DNA of 64,000 bases from Eledone cirrhosa (Eukaryota), in the NCBI GenBank assembly GCA_964016885.1, contig OZ024740.1, positions 397,978,001 through 398,042,000 on the forward strand, in the 5' to 3' direction. Position numbers and translations under genes: made by a program. Position 1 is the first letter of the stretch. Each line of letters starts with the position of its first letter. This document shows positions 39,974 through 53,795 of this stretch, in pieces. The notes under the pieces are model-generated. The model had not been told where the DNA came from, made no database searches, and was given only the letters and a program-made list of their open reading frames with translations.

Positions 39974-40052
39974 TAAATTGATGTCTGACATACCTCAACT
40001 GTGCTGATGGTTCAATTCCAGTCTTGGCAGTCTGTATATATATATATATATA

Positions 40053-40147
40053 CAGGGTGTCCCCCAAAATGTATACACACTTTGATTACCTGTACAGGCA
40101 ATATTTATTACAAGGTGTTGAAGTGTGTATACATTTTTGGAGACACC

Positions 40148-40150
<3 letters not shown>
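40053..40150. mobile_element. Tc1/mariner-type MITE
   Basis: ~30-bp TIRs CAGGGTGTC...GACACCCTG with TA on both sides. Confidence 0.85.
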
Positions 40151-40191
<41 letters not shown>

Positions 40192-40855
40192 TGTTTATAG
40201 TTAAAACAGGGCCATAGGGGGAAATATTCACTAATTACGCCGTTACTCTCATTACTCACTCAATGAGACAAGATTTAAACGTATTAAACAAGCAATCTGT
40301 ACTCAGATTGCTTACCAAGGGTTATTTGTAATGAGGGTAATGGCACATTTTGTCCGGACCGTGGTTTCTACGATATAGACTGATGAAATAAGTGCATTTG
40401 CGACTTGCTTTTCATAGTGGCTGTACAACATCCGCAGACCATTAACTATTGTTCTCGGCGTGGTAGCAGAGGACGGAAGTAGCCAAAATGGCTACTTATT
40501 ATCACAGACAACGACTGGTGTATTCTAGCGAACGAAGGATACCTCTAGACGTGACGTCACGTGGCCATGGAATATCATCTGGCGTGCGGTGTTGTGCTTA
40601 AGCGGTAAATTCAAAATAAAGTATATCACGAATTTGTGGCTTATTAAATATAACACAAGAGTAACATTACAACGACTTTGTGTTACATTTTTCTGTCTGT
40701 TTATCTATCTATCTACCTACATATCTATTTATCTATCTCCCTGTTTGTCTGCCTGCTTGACTTGTCGATCTATAGTTATCTATTTATGTATATTTACCAA
40801 GAACAATAATAACAACAAAGCACATATCCCAATACCAGTCCGAAGATAATTATAC

Positions 40856-40999
<144 letters not shown>

Positions 41000-41095
41000 A
41001 TGTGTGTGTGTGTGTGTGTGTGTGTAGCTACAGCTTGCTGGTTGGAACCAATAAAAGAGTAGATAAATTGCTGCCCGACTTTGATTATATTCCCT

Positions 41096-41282
41096 GTGGG
41101 TTGGCAGTATCGGTAGAGGGTCGGACGCCATGCTTTGCAGCAAAGAGTTACGGCCCTTGATGGTCTGAGTTCAAATCCCGCCGAGGTTAACTTTGCCTTT
41201 CATCCTTACGGGGTCGATAAAATAAAGTACCAGTAATACACTGTGATAATTGCTGGCCTTGTGCCAAAAGTAGAAGCAATTA
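41096..41282 (+). mobile_element. tRNA-derived SINE, dominant family
   Basis: Full head and body. Confidence 0.85.
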
Positions 41283-41610
41283 TATTCCCTGGACACCAAA
41301 TGTGTACGAATATTCACTGGAGATAGCCACTGAACAGTGTTGAGCGAACCCCCATGTTTGATACTACCTTTGGCAAGTGTCGGTACGGGAGACGGCGGTA
41401 GTGTGCTGATAACCTAAAACAGTGAAGGGGAACAAGCCTGTAAACAACCTACTAAACACTTTCCCATACTGATCACGATGTGAAGGAAATCACCACAGAC
41501 CGTTCATAAATGGCGAATTCAGTCAAAGAGGTTTTAGAATCAAAGTATCATTCTGTTCACCACTATCTATATATTTCTCTTTCTATGGAACTCAGTTCTT
41601 CCATCTAAAG

Positions 41611-41722
41611 CAGTCATGAGCAAACTTCGGCTCGTTTGGCTTTCCGAATGGCATGCCTAATTCCAAAATTGATCAGCCACATCCTATGTTGCCCACTGCT
41701 CGAAAAAGGTTGCCCATGGCTG
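41611..41722. mobile_element. hAT-type MITE
   Basis: TIRs CAGTCATGAGCAA / TTGCCCATGGCTG. Perfect 8-bp TSD ATCTAAAG (41603-41610 and 41723-41730). Confidence 0.85.
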
Positions 41723-43045
41723 ATCTAAAGAATATCGACCTTTTCTTCTTTTTATCTGTCTCTATATTTTCAATAGTGGCAGAGCGAAAGTTAAAGCTAT
41801 CATTATCACGATCGTTTTGAAAATTATTTCAGATATGATAAACTTTTCATTGTTCTTTTATGATTGAACATGTGAGTTACAGGAACAAAACTTCGATCTT
41901 CCGAGTAATCCACTAACACGAAAGTTTACGTAGCATTGTAGTAAAGTTAAGTAATAGCTAGGATAAAGAGTAAATATAATGGTTGAGGCGTGAGTTTTAC
42001 TTGCAGCATGTTTTCACATTATTATTCCTTATAAGTACTACTTACATATCTTCATTTTCTTGGTTTATTTAAATCATAACAATAACCCCCCGCCCACTAC
42101 ACACACAAGTGTAAGCATGGCTATAACCGTGATACCTTAAATAATTTAAAGAACTATATAGACACACGTATATACGCTAATCTACGATTTAGTAAAATTT
42201 ATATTTAAATTTATGAAAACAGATATGTGTGTAGTGAGATCTGAAACCGGAATCACCTGGCTGTGAAGCGACCTTTTAAACCACACAGCCACACCTGCTT
42301 CATAGATTGATTCTATGTCTGTTTGATCAGCAACCACTTGAAGCCAAACACCATATATACAATATTCTGTGTCATATATGTATTTACGTGTAAAAATAGA
42401 CATTTTACATACTACGTCCAGACTTTCCCCAATTCAACAGCCATCCCCAACCAGAAAAACCAATATACACATATGTATAGGTGTATATGTCCACACAAAC
42501 ACACATACCGACAGTGGCAGGAAGAAACACCAATGCAACTATTGTAAAAGCCGGCAAGCAAGTTAACAAGCTGAGTTCAATCATAAGGGTAAAAGAAAAG
42601 GAAGGAGATGAAGAAAAAGAAGTAAAAGGAGGAGGTAGAAGTTGATTTCTGTCTCAATGTTATTGTTTAAGATACTCCTTATTACCTTTATGTTAAGAGA
42701 GCAGGTGAATTTTACCCTTACCATTATGTTAAGGGAGCAGGTGAATTTTGTTATTGATACTTACGGTCCTTTCTCCTTTTCATTCACACTATCGCCACAT
42801 TACTACCGTCCTCCCTTTCTCTTTCTATGTCACCTGTAGGACACGCTTAGTTGTAGAACCAGTGAGGAAGTGGGGAGGGCGTTCTCTACATAGTCGCTCG
42901 ACCTGCTAGAAACAGCAGCCAAATCACCCTTAAATTACACACGGCCGTCTTAAAAGAAGTATATAATGTCTTGATTTCGCTGCACATATGAAAAACACGA
43001 GATGGTCACGGATTGGAATGTTTTTAATTTAATATTTGTTCAATG

Positions 43046-43192
43046 AATAATTGTTTCTACTTTTGGCACAAGGCCAGCAATTATCCCAGTGTATTACTGG
43101 TACTTTATTTTATCGACCCTGTAAGGATGAAAGGCAAAGTTAACCTCGGCGGGATTTGAACTCAGATCATAAAGGGAGGTAACTCTATGCTT
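43046..43192 (-). mobile_element. tRNA-derived SINE, dominant family
   Basis: Reverse complement of the shared body. Confidence 0.85.
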
Positions 43193-43387
43193 CGACCTAG
43201 GATTAATCAAAAACAAGAACTAGTTATAGTTCAGTTAATGAGAGGGCCTCTACAGAGTCACTTAAATCACATCCTACCATCTTAACAAAAGGGATTCACT
43301 GGATTATAGTAGTTATACGTTATGTCTGAAAGAAAGCAGAACGAGCCTGATTATAACATCTTTGATTATACATCAGTTCATTCATAG

Positions 43388-43512
43388 CGCATGGCTTTGT
43401 GGTTAGAGCATCGGCCTTGCAATCGAAAGGTTGTGAGTTGAATTTTCGGACCGTGTGATGTGTTGTTTCCTTTATTTCACGTTGCTCCAGTTTACTCAGC
43501 TGTAGAAATGAG
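43388..43512 (+). mobile_element. CORE-like tRNA SINE fragment
   Basis: TGGCTTTGTGGTTAGAGC head, then TTTCACGTTGCTCCAGTTTACTCAGCTGTAGAAATGAG. Confidence 0.65.
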
Positions 43513-43699
43513 ATAATAGGATTGGGATCCCTATCATTAAATTACCCAAGACACCTCCAACGAGATATACCTTGGAGGAGGCCAGCTAAATCTGCATAGG
43601 TGTGAGCTGTCACACACACACATTCATGGTTGACTTGGGACTAAACAATAACAGCAGCACCAACCATGCAATCACCACTACCACTTCATTGGTCTATAT

Positions 43700-43987
43700 C
43701 AGTGGTTTCCAACCTTCTGTGCCCCATGCCCCACCTCAACATCTCAAACATTTTTATGCTCCACTTTGATATAAAAACAGCGTAAAAGTGAAAACAAATT
43801 GGCGTATGGGTGATACCAGATGCACAATAACATGTGTGGAGGAGGTGAGGTAGAAGTTTCCGACCAGAATTTGACCCACATTTGCCTTGGTGTAAAAGTA
43901 ACAGGGTAAAATCTGAAGTTTGCTCTCACTGACATCATTTTCAAACTGCCCCACTGTGGGGTGTGCGCCCCACGTTGGGAACCACTG
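43700..43987. mobile_element. hAT-type MITE
   Basis: TIRs CAGTGGTTTCCAAC / GTTGGGAACCACTG. Imperfect 8-bp TSD GTCTATAT/GCCTATAA. Confidence 0.75.
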
Positions 43988-45144
43988 GCCTATAACAAGG
44001 CTTTTCATGGTCGCTTGACTTGTTAGAAATAGAAGCTGAATCTCCCTTAACACACACAATCATCTTAAACATGGACACGTTGGATAATGTTGTCCTGAGT
44101 TCCCTACACAAAGGAAAAATACTAATAGCCAGAACAACTTGATCATAGGTCTACTCAATCAAAGCTGACCTGAGACTAAACTATAACAATAGCAACGTAA
44201 CTTCTACGCGATCACTCGATCTGCTAAAAACAGTAGCCAACTTCCCTTGAAATTACACACTACCGTCTTTAAAAAATGTCAATGTTGGATACACAGTATC
44301 CGAGGAAGACGGAATGGTCATCGATAGATTGCCTTTGATTCTAGATGTGTACAATCAAAGCTGACTTGGGGATCAACAACAACAACGACATAACTAACAC
44401 AAGAAAATGTGAAAATCTCCACGTGGCTGCTCTAGCTACTAGAAATAGCAGCAAATTCCTCCTCAGAATAGAGTGGTCAAGGCTGAAACATCTTAAATTA
44501 TAGGTCTGCCCAATCAAGTTTGATCTGGGATTAAATAACAACAATAACAATAAACTGATAGTTATTGAAATCTGTAAAAGAAAGTACTAGTAAAGTATTT
44601 TGATCGATTGTTTGCCTTGTGCCGAAATCAGAAACCATAATCATCCACAGCTTGTCTCCATGACAGAGCTGGAACCCTGGGTCAAGCACAGACAGTGGTC
44701 GGGCATTTCACGTGAGGAATGTCCCAAGATATTCCCTGCACTCTACAAGATGGACCATGTATTTGGTATAGAAAGATGATAGCAGATATGAGCAATGATT
44801 GTCTGGAAACGATTCTAGGCGTTGGCGAGGACAAAGTAATAACTTCTTGTGGACTTTCAAGTCGAGTATCATAGATTATCTCCAAATGTTCTTGGTCAGA
44901 GGAGATTTATCTATTCGGAATAAACTACAAACACGGCCATGCTGGAGCCGTCAGCAACCGAGGCTATCTGAGATTCTCGTCGCATGCCGAAACCATCGAA
45001 CACTCATTCATCAGTTGCCGTGCACTACTGATTTGTGGAGTTAAGTTAAACACTTGTCGACACGTGCGGGATGGAGCGAATTGTCAGCCGAATCTGTTGT
45101 GAAAATTGAACCACTTACTTTATTATCATTATTATAATTACTAG

Positions 45145-45265
45145 ATCTGAGTTCAAATCCCGCCGAGGTTAACTTTGCCTTTCATCCTTACGGGGTCGAT
45201 AAAATAAAGTACCAGTAATACACTGGGTAATTGCTGGCCTTGTGCCAAAAGTAGAAACAATTATT
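45145..45265 (+). mobile_element. SINE 3' part, dominant family
   Basis: Runs from the B-box to the tail. Confidence 0.8.
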
Positions 45266-45270
45266 ATAAT

Positions 45271-45310
45271 TACTAGCTGCAACTCGGGTTTTGCTTCGGA
45301 CATACAAAAA

Positions 45311-45401
<91 letters not shown>

Positions 45402-45675
45402 GGTTTTTCCACGCGTGTTGACAGACTTACACGTAAAATTCTTGCATTTGCGATCAAACTCCTAGTGTGGTGACAACTCCCTCTACCTATCTATCTTTCA
45501 CACACATACGAACAACCTCCCTCCCTCCCAAACTCTGAATTATTTTCGCTTGTTACACGTTACGTGTTAGTTAGAGAGGAAAATGTGGAGTGAGAGGTAG
45601 AGTACTATTTCCCTCTCTATATATTGAGAGCGTGACGGACGGACGGACAAACACGGCTCTTATTATAGTATAGAT
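45271..45675 (+). mobile_element. Possible non-autonomous Helitron/Helentron-like element
   Basis: Starts TACTAGCTG..CTCGGGTTTTGCTTCGG and ends (GGAC)n..TATTATAGTATAGAT. A similar end lies at ~47521-47548. Confidence 0.45.
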
Positions 45676-46420
45676 TTAATTAAATTTTTTTAATAAGGAG
45701 GAGCGGTTAGTTTTCCTCTATCTAGTGGCTATTGCGAACGAAGTAGCATTGTGTTTGTGGCTGAACGATTTTCTCGGTAGAGTTTTTCTTTTCGGTCATG
45801 ACCGTATTAACCATTAAACAAAATAAGCACATGTTTAGCGCATTCAAGGAAAAAGGGCCCCGTTTTATTCAAGTCAAATGTATTTATCATTAAAAAAAAT
45901 TGAAGGCTTTATATACGGTGTGCACCAAAATCTTTTTACGCGCTTAGTGTTTCAAAAGGACATGATCCGCACTGCTTCCAGTAAAAGCCAAAATCAATTT
46001 CTTCAAATACCACTTAATGAGAAAGATAAGGACAGAGAGGAAGGTGCTGGCTTCCAGTGGGTGAGAGTAGCAAAAATAGGACGGCTAAATGCGTTTATAG
46101 TAACTATGGCTGGCGGCAAGAACTGAGGGAACGCACTTGCCTTTGGTGTAGCGGGCTTGTTTGGGTTGCCCTTAATTTTTGGGGCTCCTTTTATTGTTTT
46201 CTACTGCTTGTTCTATTTATTACCAATTTATTAATGTGTCCTTATTGTTACTGCTCCCGCCCTTACCCCACAAAATCTTGTTTGAGGTTTCCCTATGTAT
46301 TTCTTTCTCTTTTGTATTGTCCCCAACATCGCAGACTTTTTGTGGCCAATAAAAGAAATGATCATCATTGTTGTGTTGTTGTTGTTGTTGTTGTCATTAT
46401 CATTATTATTATTATTATTA

Positions 46421-46460
<40 letters not shown>

Positions 46461-46692
46461 GATGCTGTATGATCTTTCTGTTTTTCTTTGTCTCTTATTT
46501 TTTTCTTTATTCAGCCCAGGATTACACGCTGCCACACTTCTTTCTCCATTGCATTTTTTGCGCCTTTTCTATATTTCATTTTTTTTGTTTATTTATTCAG
46601 CCTTCCCCGTCTCCACTCCCAGCTCCGCCATACAACTATCATCTCCATCAACTACCACCAACATAAAAAACAATAACCACTACTACTATTAA

Positions 46693-46723
<31 letters not shown>

Positions 46724-47809
46724 GATGATGATGATGTTACTACTACTACTACTACTACTACTACTTGTAGTAGTACTGCTGCTGCTACTACTACTACTAC
46801 TATAAATACTATCCACGACCTGCTAGAAATAACAACCAAAATTCAAAACCGTCTTAAATAAAGGTTACATTAGGAGACAATGTAGTCTCTAAGTCTTGAT
46901 ATACAATCAAACCAGTTAGCCATTGCTGGTTGCATCGCCTTTTATCATATATCTGTTTAATGATGGTTGACTTGAAGCTGAGAAACAGCGGCAGCAACAA
47001 CAACAGTCACCAACAACATCAGCAATCACAACCAACAATAACTTTCATCCCTATCACCATAACCTTAAACTCTACAGTGGTGACAGTCGTCATGTTGTAG
47101 GGCCTACTCCAATGACCACTTTCACCACAAACCAACAACCATAACAATTCTTCTACTAGCCGTTCCGACATTACCGTACAAGGATTTGCGAGTTCTTCGA
47201 CATGTGATATTACAATGTATGGGCATAACTGTGTGTGTTTGCCTGTGTGTGTGTATGTGTGTGTGAAAGAGCGAGAGAGAGAGAGTGTGTGTGTGTGTGT
47301 GTGTGAGTATGAGTAAGTGTGTGTGTGTGAGTGTGTATTCCCCCCGTCCTCCCACTCCTGTGGAATTCACTATGTACATGCTCTCTTCATTCACGCAACC
47401 GTCAATATTATTCGACACATACACACACACACACATACACATATATATATATATAATATGTATGCGTGAGTCTGTGGGTAGGTGTACACACACATACCCA
47501 TGTGTGTGTGTAGATAGCTAGACAGATACTCTATTAATAGTATAGAAATTCTCAAAGCTTCCGGTTACGCATGTGCAATGATATAAAGATTGAAAAATAA
47601 ACCTTTTCACGGAATATGAGGGTATCAACACAAAAATAATGGAATTACAGACGAATATATAAAAAAAGGAAAAAAAAAAGTATTTCGACTAGAACAAACA
47701 GCAAGAATATATATATATGAATAAATAATGTGTTACGACTGGAATACGACAACATGTAGTGTAAACTGTGTAGGTAGAAGAGACATGCAACAAGTCAGCT
47801 CTTGTCTCG

Positions 47810-47858
<49 letters not shown>

Positions 47859-47862
<4 letters not shown>

Positions 47863-47920
47863 CAGAAATAGCCGTCGAAACGGCTTGAGCTCTGCCGTCG
47901 GGGTCATACTTTTTCCTATA
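47859..47920 (+). mobile_element. Family B single arm (HHR 3' half) in (TA)n
   Basis: AGTCCAGAAATAGCCGTC-GAAA-CGGC...GCCG-TC-GGGGTCATACTTTTTCCTA. Confidence 0.7.
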
Positions 47921-47999
47921 TATATATATATATATGGGTTTATATATCCTTATATATATACAGCCCTTATCGAGTCCTCATTGAATTTTGGTCTTTGTA

Positions 48000-48356
48000 T
48001 TCGGACGCCATGCTTTGCAGCAAAGAGTTACGGCCCTTGCCATTCTGAGTTCAAATCCCGCCGAGGTTAACTTTGTCTTTCATCCTTACGGGGTCGATAA
48101 AATAAAGTACCAGTAATACACTGGGTAATTGCTGGCCTTGTGCCAAAAGTAGAAACAATTATTACTGGATTGGCAGTATCGATAGAAGGTCGGACGCCAT
48201 GCATCGCAGCATAGAGTTACGGCCCTTTATGATTTGAGTTCAAGTTCCGCCGAGGTTGACTTTGCCTTTCATCCTTACGTGGTCGATAAATTAAAGCACC
48301 AGTAATACACTTAGATAATTGCTGGCCTTGTGCCAAAAGTTTGAAACAATTATTAC
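48000..48356 (+). mobile_element. Two head-to-tail SINE copies, dominant family
   Basis: Bodies at 48000-48163 and 48165-48356. Confidence 0.85.
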
Positions 48357-49146
48357 TATTTGGCTCCTTCGGTAGAACACTGTTCAAATTTAAAACCACT
48401 ATCCAGAAACAACACCTTAATATTTCTACGAAAAGTATTCCGGTATTTGTTTGTAACCTTTTTAAAATATTTATTGCTGCGTCTACAGATTGATTTTTTT
48501 CTCAGTTTCAGATGATCCCGCTTAGGGTAAAAGCAAACATTTTTTGCTTAACTCTTTGGCATTCATACTACTCTGTATTTACTATTGCATTTTTGTGGTA
48601 AAGGCTTTATCTCACATAATTATCTCACGTAATATCGAATCTATGAGATTTTGATATTAATTATTTTGAGAACAATACCATAACATCAGTATGAGTGGCC
48701 GGTTATGACTGGTTTGAACAGAAAGAGGTGAGAAAATTCTGGCCAGATATGGCCGGTTTAAATGCTAAACGGTTAAACTTTTAATCTGTACTAATAACAA
48801 ATAAATATATATATATATATAACATATATATGAGCAAACAACGCACACAGAAAAACTAACATAAAAAGCAGATACATCTTAAACAATTCATCTTACATCC
48901 TCTTCAGCCACCTTCTATCGTAAAATCTACGCATAAAAGTGGGATTGCACTTGTAACACCATTTTGTACCGCAGCTTCAAGAACTGCTCGTTTTTCTGTT
49001 AAGATACAATGTCTCATTACTCGAAGTTTAATGTTTTCTTACTCTAACAACTCTTTTTAGTCGAAAAGATTAAGAGAGAAAAAAAATTCGTTTGATTATA
49101 AAGTACGAAATTGAAACGATATTCTGAAACGATCGTACATTTACAA

Positions 49147-49361
49147 TCGACAGACTTTCGTCAAATCGGACCGAGGAAACAATGCTTCCATCGGTCTTTC
49201 CAATTGCTAATACTATCTATCGGTCGCAACTCCAGCTAGAAGGAGCAACGTGAAATAAAGTGTCTTGCTCAAGGACATAACGCATCACTCGGCTCGGGAA
49301 TCAGACTCATAACCTCACGATTGCGAATCCAATTCTCTATCCACTCAGCCACGCGCCTTCA
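49147..49361 (-). mobile_element. CORE-like tRNA SINE
   Basis: Closely similar to 19280-19494. Confidence 0.75.
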
Positions 49362-49862
49362 CTAAATTTACATTTACATTTACAATAAAAGGAGGAAAAA
49401 AATCAAAATATGGACAATAACTTTATTGGCATAGTTTATCATTAATATAGTGATGTTTTAACTCATCACGACCAGTACAATTTTATTAATTAAAATGTCT
49501 TGACTCATTACAATATATATGTTAACACCCATTTTATCATTACCTTTTATACAGGTCTTTATCTATTATATAGATAACCAAGTCATGGTGGAATTCAGCT
49601 TCTAGGAGTTAAATCAAACTAACGAGATACGAGTCAACAAAATGGTTTACCTGATCGTTCGAGCTCGAAGAAATAGTATATTGTAATTTGAGAGAGATTT
49701 GGTTGCTGTCTTAAAAATGGGAGGGGAGTATTAGAACATGTAGCCGTAGGTATACTATACTGAAAACATTCGCATGTTGGTTAGATACACAAAACATGAT
49801 ATGCAATATCAGAGAGAAGGGCGAATGGGATGATCACAGCTAGAATGAACACCTTCCATTAC

Positions 49863-50674
49863 ATGTCTGCTCAGGAGTGAGGTGGATTTGCCGTATCGAT
49901 AGGACGTCCGACAAAAAATGCTTTGGGGCATAGAGTTATGCCCTTTACATTTTGACTTCAAATCCCACCGAGGTTAGCTTTTCCATTCATCATTACGGGG
50001 TCAATAAAATAAAGTACCAGTAACGCACTGGGGGCTGATTTAATCAACTTCCCCTTCCCCCCCAAATTGTTGGCCTTGTGTCTAAATCAGAAACCATTAT
50101 ATGTCTGCTCAGGATGGTGAATTGATAGTATCGGTAGAGCATCGGACAACTTGCTTTGTGGCATATAGTTACGACCCTTTACGTTCTGAGTTCAAATCTA
50201 CCTTTCATCCTCACGGAATCGATAAAATAAGGTACCAGTAACGCACTGGGGTCGATTTAATCGACTTACCCCTCCCTCAAAATTATTGACCTTGTACCCA
50301 AATGAAAAACCATTATATGTCTGCTCACATACCTTGCGGCATATAGTTATGTTCTGAGTTCAAATCTTGTCGAGGTCAGCTTTGCCTTCCACCCTTCCTA
50401 GGTTGATAAAACTAACAATTCAGTGCTAGAGTCGATATAATCGACTTTCCTTTTACCCCCAAATTGCTGGCCTTGTGCCAATGTTAGAAAGAATTTACGT
50501 CTGCTCATAAGCTTTGCGACAAATAGTTGCGTTCTAAGTTCAAATCTCACCGAGTTCCAATCGGGGTCGATAAAATAAAGCACCAATAACACACTGGAGT
50601 CGATTTAATTGATTTTCCCCTTTCCTTGAAATCGTTGACCTTGTGCCAATCTAGAAACAATTAAATGTCTGCTC
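49863..50674 (+). mobile_element. Array of four diverged SINE copies separated by ATGTCTGCTC
   Basis: Separator motif at 49863, 50101, 50317, 50497 (ACGTCTGCTC) and 50665. Confidence 0.8.
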
Positions 50675-51427
50675 CGTCGGGAATTACTTGAGACTAAAAT
50701 AATAACAATAACAGCAATAAGAGAGGAATGATTGTAAGGAAATAAATATAGATCTTACCCTCACGGGATGAAATCTATATTTATTGTGCTGTTTGATAAT
50801 AATACTTCATCAGCAAAATATGTTTAGTTTAAAAATATATACACGCGAACAGAGAAAAACAAAATTACCAAAAAGCAACAACAACAATAAAAAAAACAAA
50901 ACAAAGTAACGATCAAAAAGATAAAGAAAAGTAGAAAAAAAAGGAGAAAAACAATGCTTTTTTACCTGTGAAACAAACCAACAAACAAAAAATGTCAGGT
51001 CTGTTAATGTGGTTGTGTTACACCTGCCGCGTGTAAGGTTCATTGTTTCGGAAGAGCTTGCATTAAAACTTATCTTACTTTCTTCCTTCCTTCATTTCCT
51101 ACCTATAACAAGACATCAGCGGCAACAAAAGATATAGTTAGTCCACCTGTTCTATTCACCTTAGTTAAGTGGTATCTTTTGTTGTCGATATCTACAACTA
51201 CATACACTCTTCGATCTTATACCTTTCCTGTCCCCCAATATATAAATATTTTTTTTTGTTCATATTAAAATTTTTATAAATGAGCAGTAGATTGACAAAA
51301 TCGGTAGAGTGTCCAACTAAATGCTTTACGGTATTTAGTTACGTTGCTTTACGTTTGGAGCCTCAAACCGACCCAGGTAAACTTTATTTTTCATCCTTCT
51401 GAGAAGTTGTTAAAATAAATAAATACT

Positions 51428-51503
<76 letters not shown>

Positions 51504-51507
<4 letters not shown>

Positions 51508-51776
51508 CTAAAGTCTGTCTTAAGCCAGAAGGCCCTTTTGGCCGGTGTTTATCCCGGTTTCATGGCGTGAAGCGACTGAGAGTACAAGACTCCCCCCTGG
51601 ACAGGCCGCCAGTCCATTGCAAGGTTAAACCCCCAGTTATTGCTGGAACTCATTATCAGCTGAGTATTCTGGAGCAATGTGAAATTAAGTGCTTTGCTCT
51701 TGAACACAACACGCAACCCAGGAATCAAACCCACGATCCTAAGTCCAACACCCTTACCACTAGGCCACATGCTTCC
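51504..51776 (-). mobile_element. tRNA SINE with CORE-like domain and GATGGACTGGCG..CCTGTCCAGGG segment
   Basis: A-box TGGCCTAGTGG and B-box GGTTTGATTCC. Homologous to 55061-55304. Confidence 0.8.
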
Positions 51777-51799
51777 AGTTATATATATATATATATATG

Positions 51800-51842
<43 letters not shown>

Positions 51843-51855
51843 ATATATATATATA

Positions 51856-52146
51856 TAAGTATGTATACGTACATACATATATGTATACAGACGTACAGTA
51901 GTATGTATATATATATATACATGCACACATATATATATGTACGTATGGATTTACCGAACATTTATTATAATGCTCGGTTTGTTTGTAAACAAACATCCCG
52001 AATTAAGCCGTACAGTGTTTAGCAACCATCGTTGCCCTTTTGTTCAACACTGACAAAGGAACCATGTACTAGTTTCAAGCTTATTAGCTATCGTCAGCAC
52101 CGTATACCTTCCTGCCAGATGATTGAACGTCTGAAAGTATATACTG
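51856..52146 (-). mobile_element. Retrozyme-like family R, partial unit
   Basis: Homologous to 60097-60372. HHR at 52061-52103. Confidence 0.8.
52061..52103 (-). ncRNA. Hammerhead ribozyme motif, family R
   Basis: ACGGTG-CTGACGA-T-AGCT-AATA-AGCT-T-GAAA-CTAG-TA-CATGGT. Confidence 0.75.
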
Positions 52147-52214
52147 ACAGATGAGTCCAAATGAAATAGAGATGATATAAAGTATATATCTTTCGTTTAT
52201 TGCTATTATGATTA

Positions 52215-52375
52215 TAATAATTGTTTGTACGTTAGGCACAAGGCCAACAAATACCCTGTGCATTACTGGTACTTTATTTTATCGACCCCGTAAGGATGAA
52301 AGGCAAAGTTAACCTCGGCGGGATTTGAACTCAGATCATAAAGGGACGTAACTATATGCTGCAAAGCATGGCGTC
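52215..52375 (-). mobile_element. tRNA-derived SINE, dominant family
   Basis: Reverse complement of the shared body. Confidence 0.85.
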
Positions 52376-52835
52376 CTCCGGATAAATATATACCGTTGAG
52401 TGCTTGGCATCTGTTATATACTAGAATCAGTTGACTACAAATCATCTAACTCTTTTTTCATTATATATATATGCGTGTGCATACACACACACACACACAC
52501 ACACAAACGTATATATATATATATACATACACACACATATATAATATAGATAACTAATCTTCTTATTAGGGATTAACAGTTGTTGATTTTTCATAATTTA
52601 TTTATTACATTTATATCTATTATTCGTTTATCAATTTCTCTATTTCTTTTTCTATTCCTTTGCCTTTTTGCTAAACTCACTGCCTCAAATCTGTCAGTTC
52701 ACCTTTGGTGAAGCACACTGCCAGCTGTTGCAATACTTTGTATTGTATTTGGCTTACACGTGCTCTAGGGTGTATGGTTGCATTAAGTATCTGCCAATCA
52801 ACGCTTGATTGTCGATTGTCACGTATGCACCCCTC

Positions 52836-52878
<43 letters not shown>

Positions 52879-52882
<4 letters not shown>

Positions 52883-53224
52883 TGATATTAAATAAATGGA
52901 AACTATATTTATAAAACCATATTTATTCTATTATATATATTTCAAGGGTACCAAATATTTTGGTACGCTATCATCAGATAAAATACAAAATGTTTTATAA
53001 ATATTTGACATGACCAAGGATGATATACCTTAACGGTTCAAGTTATCCCTGGTATCCCTGGTATTTGGTACCCTTGAAATATATATAATAGAATAAATAT
53101 GGTTTTATAAATATAGTTTCCATTTATTTAATATCAATTGAATACTTACTCCAGAAACTTGTCGAGGGCTTTGAATCAGTTGTAAACATCTATATTTGTT
53201 GGATTTCCAACAAATTAAATATCT

Positions 53225-53226
<2 letters not shown>
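52879..53226. mobile_element. Fold-back PLE-type mini-element (arms 52879-52957 / 53062-53140, tail 53141-53226)
   Basis: 79-bp inverted arms, an HHR on the minus strand, and (TA)n on both sides. Confidence 0.8.
52924..52985 (-). ncRNA. Hammerhead ribozyme motif
   Basis: TATTTTAT-CTGATGA-T-AGCGTACCAAA/TTTGGTACCCT-T-GAAA-TATATA-TA-ATAGAATA. Confidence 0.75.
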
Positions 53227-53274
<48 letters not shown>

Positions 53275-53795
53275 TATATATATGCACACATATATATATG
53301 CACACATATATATATGCACACACACATTACCACCCTCCGGGGAAACGCCTTCTCCATTCTGTCCGCCGGGGCTGTAGGGAGGCCAGCACGTGGGACCCCA
53401 TTTGCTCACCATACGGAGAGATGTGGAGGGAGAGAGATATGGAGGCGATGACAGTGGGAATTCGGCTCTTCCACGTTCGGACCATATCCTTGTGGTTGTG
53501 GTCATCAAGCCCTAGTGCAGTAATGAAATATATGTAAAAATAATTAACCACATGAACAAAAATAACAATAGCAATAGCAATAATCTTTGACATTTAGATC
53601 TGTTGACACATGTCTAAATTCTTTTTCGGTAATTTCAGTGACTCCACATGCAGGACATTTGGCCACTGACTGCTGAAAAATATTTGATATATTTTCAACC
53701 CACTAAAGTGATGATTCAACAACATCGCAATACGGAAGTGGAACCTTTGTTTACCATAATGTAAATAAACACATATATATATGTACATATATATA

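Larger units (their letters stand above)
42880..44550 (+). repeat. Chain of diverged ~200-bp interspersed repeats ending in (AAC)n
   Basis: Recurrent ACCTGCTAGAAAYAGCAGCCAAAT and GCTGACCTGRGACTAAAC motifs at ~42900, 44015, 44220, 44435 and also ~46815. Interrupted by SINEs and a MITE. Confidence 0.6.

Noticed and set aside
44650-45110. Possible decayed transposase or host exon
   Set aside because: Higher-complexity sequence, but no motif could be read with confidence in any frame. Needs a translated search.
49863-50674. CRISPR-like repeat-spacer pattern
   Set aside because: The spacers are homologous SINE copies of 170-240 bp, the repeat is only ~10 bp, the context is eukaryotic and there are no cas genes.
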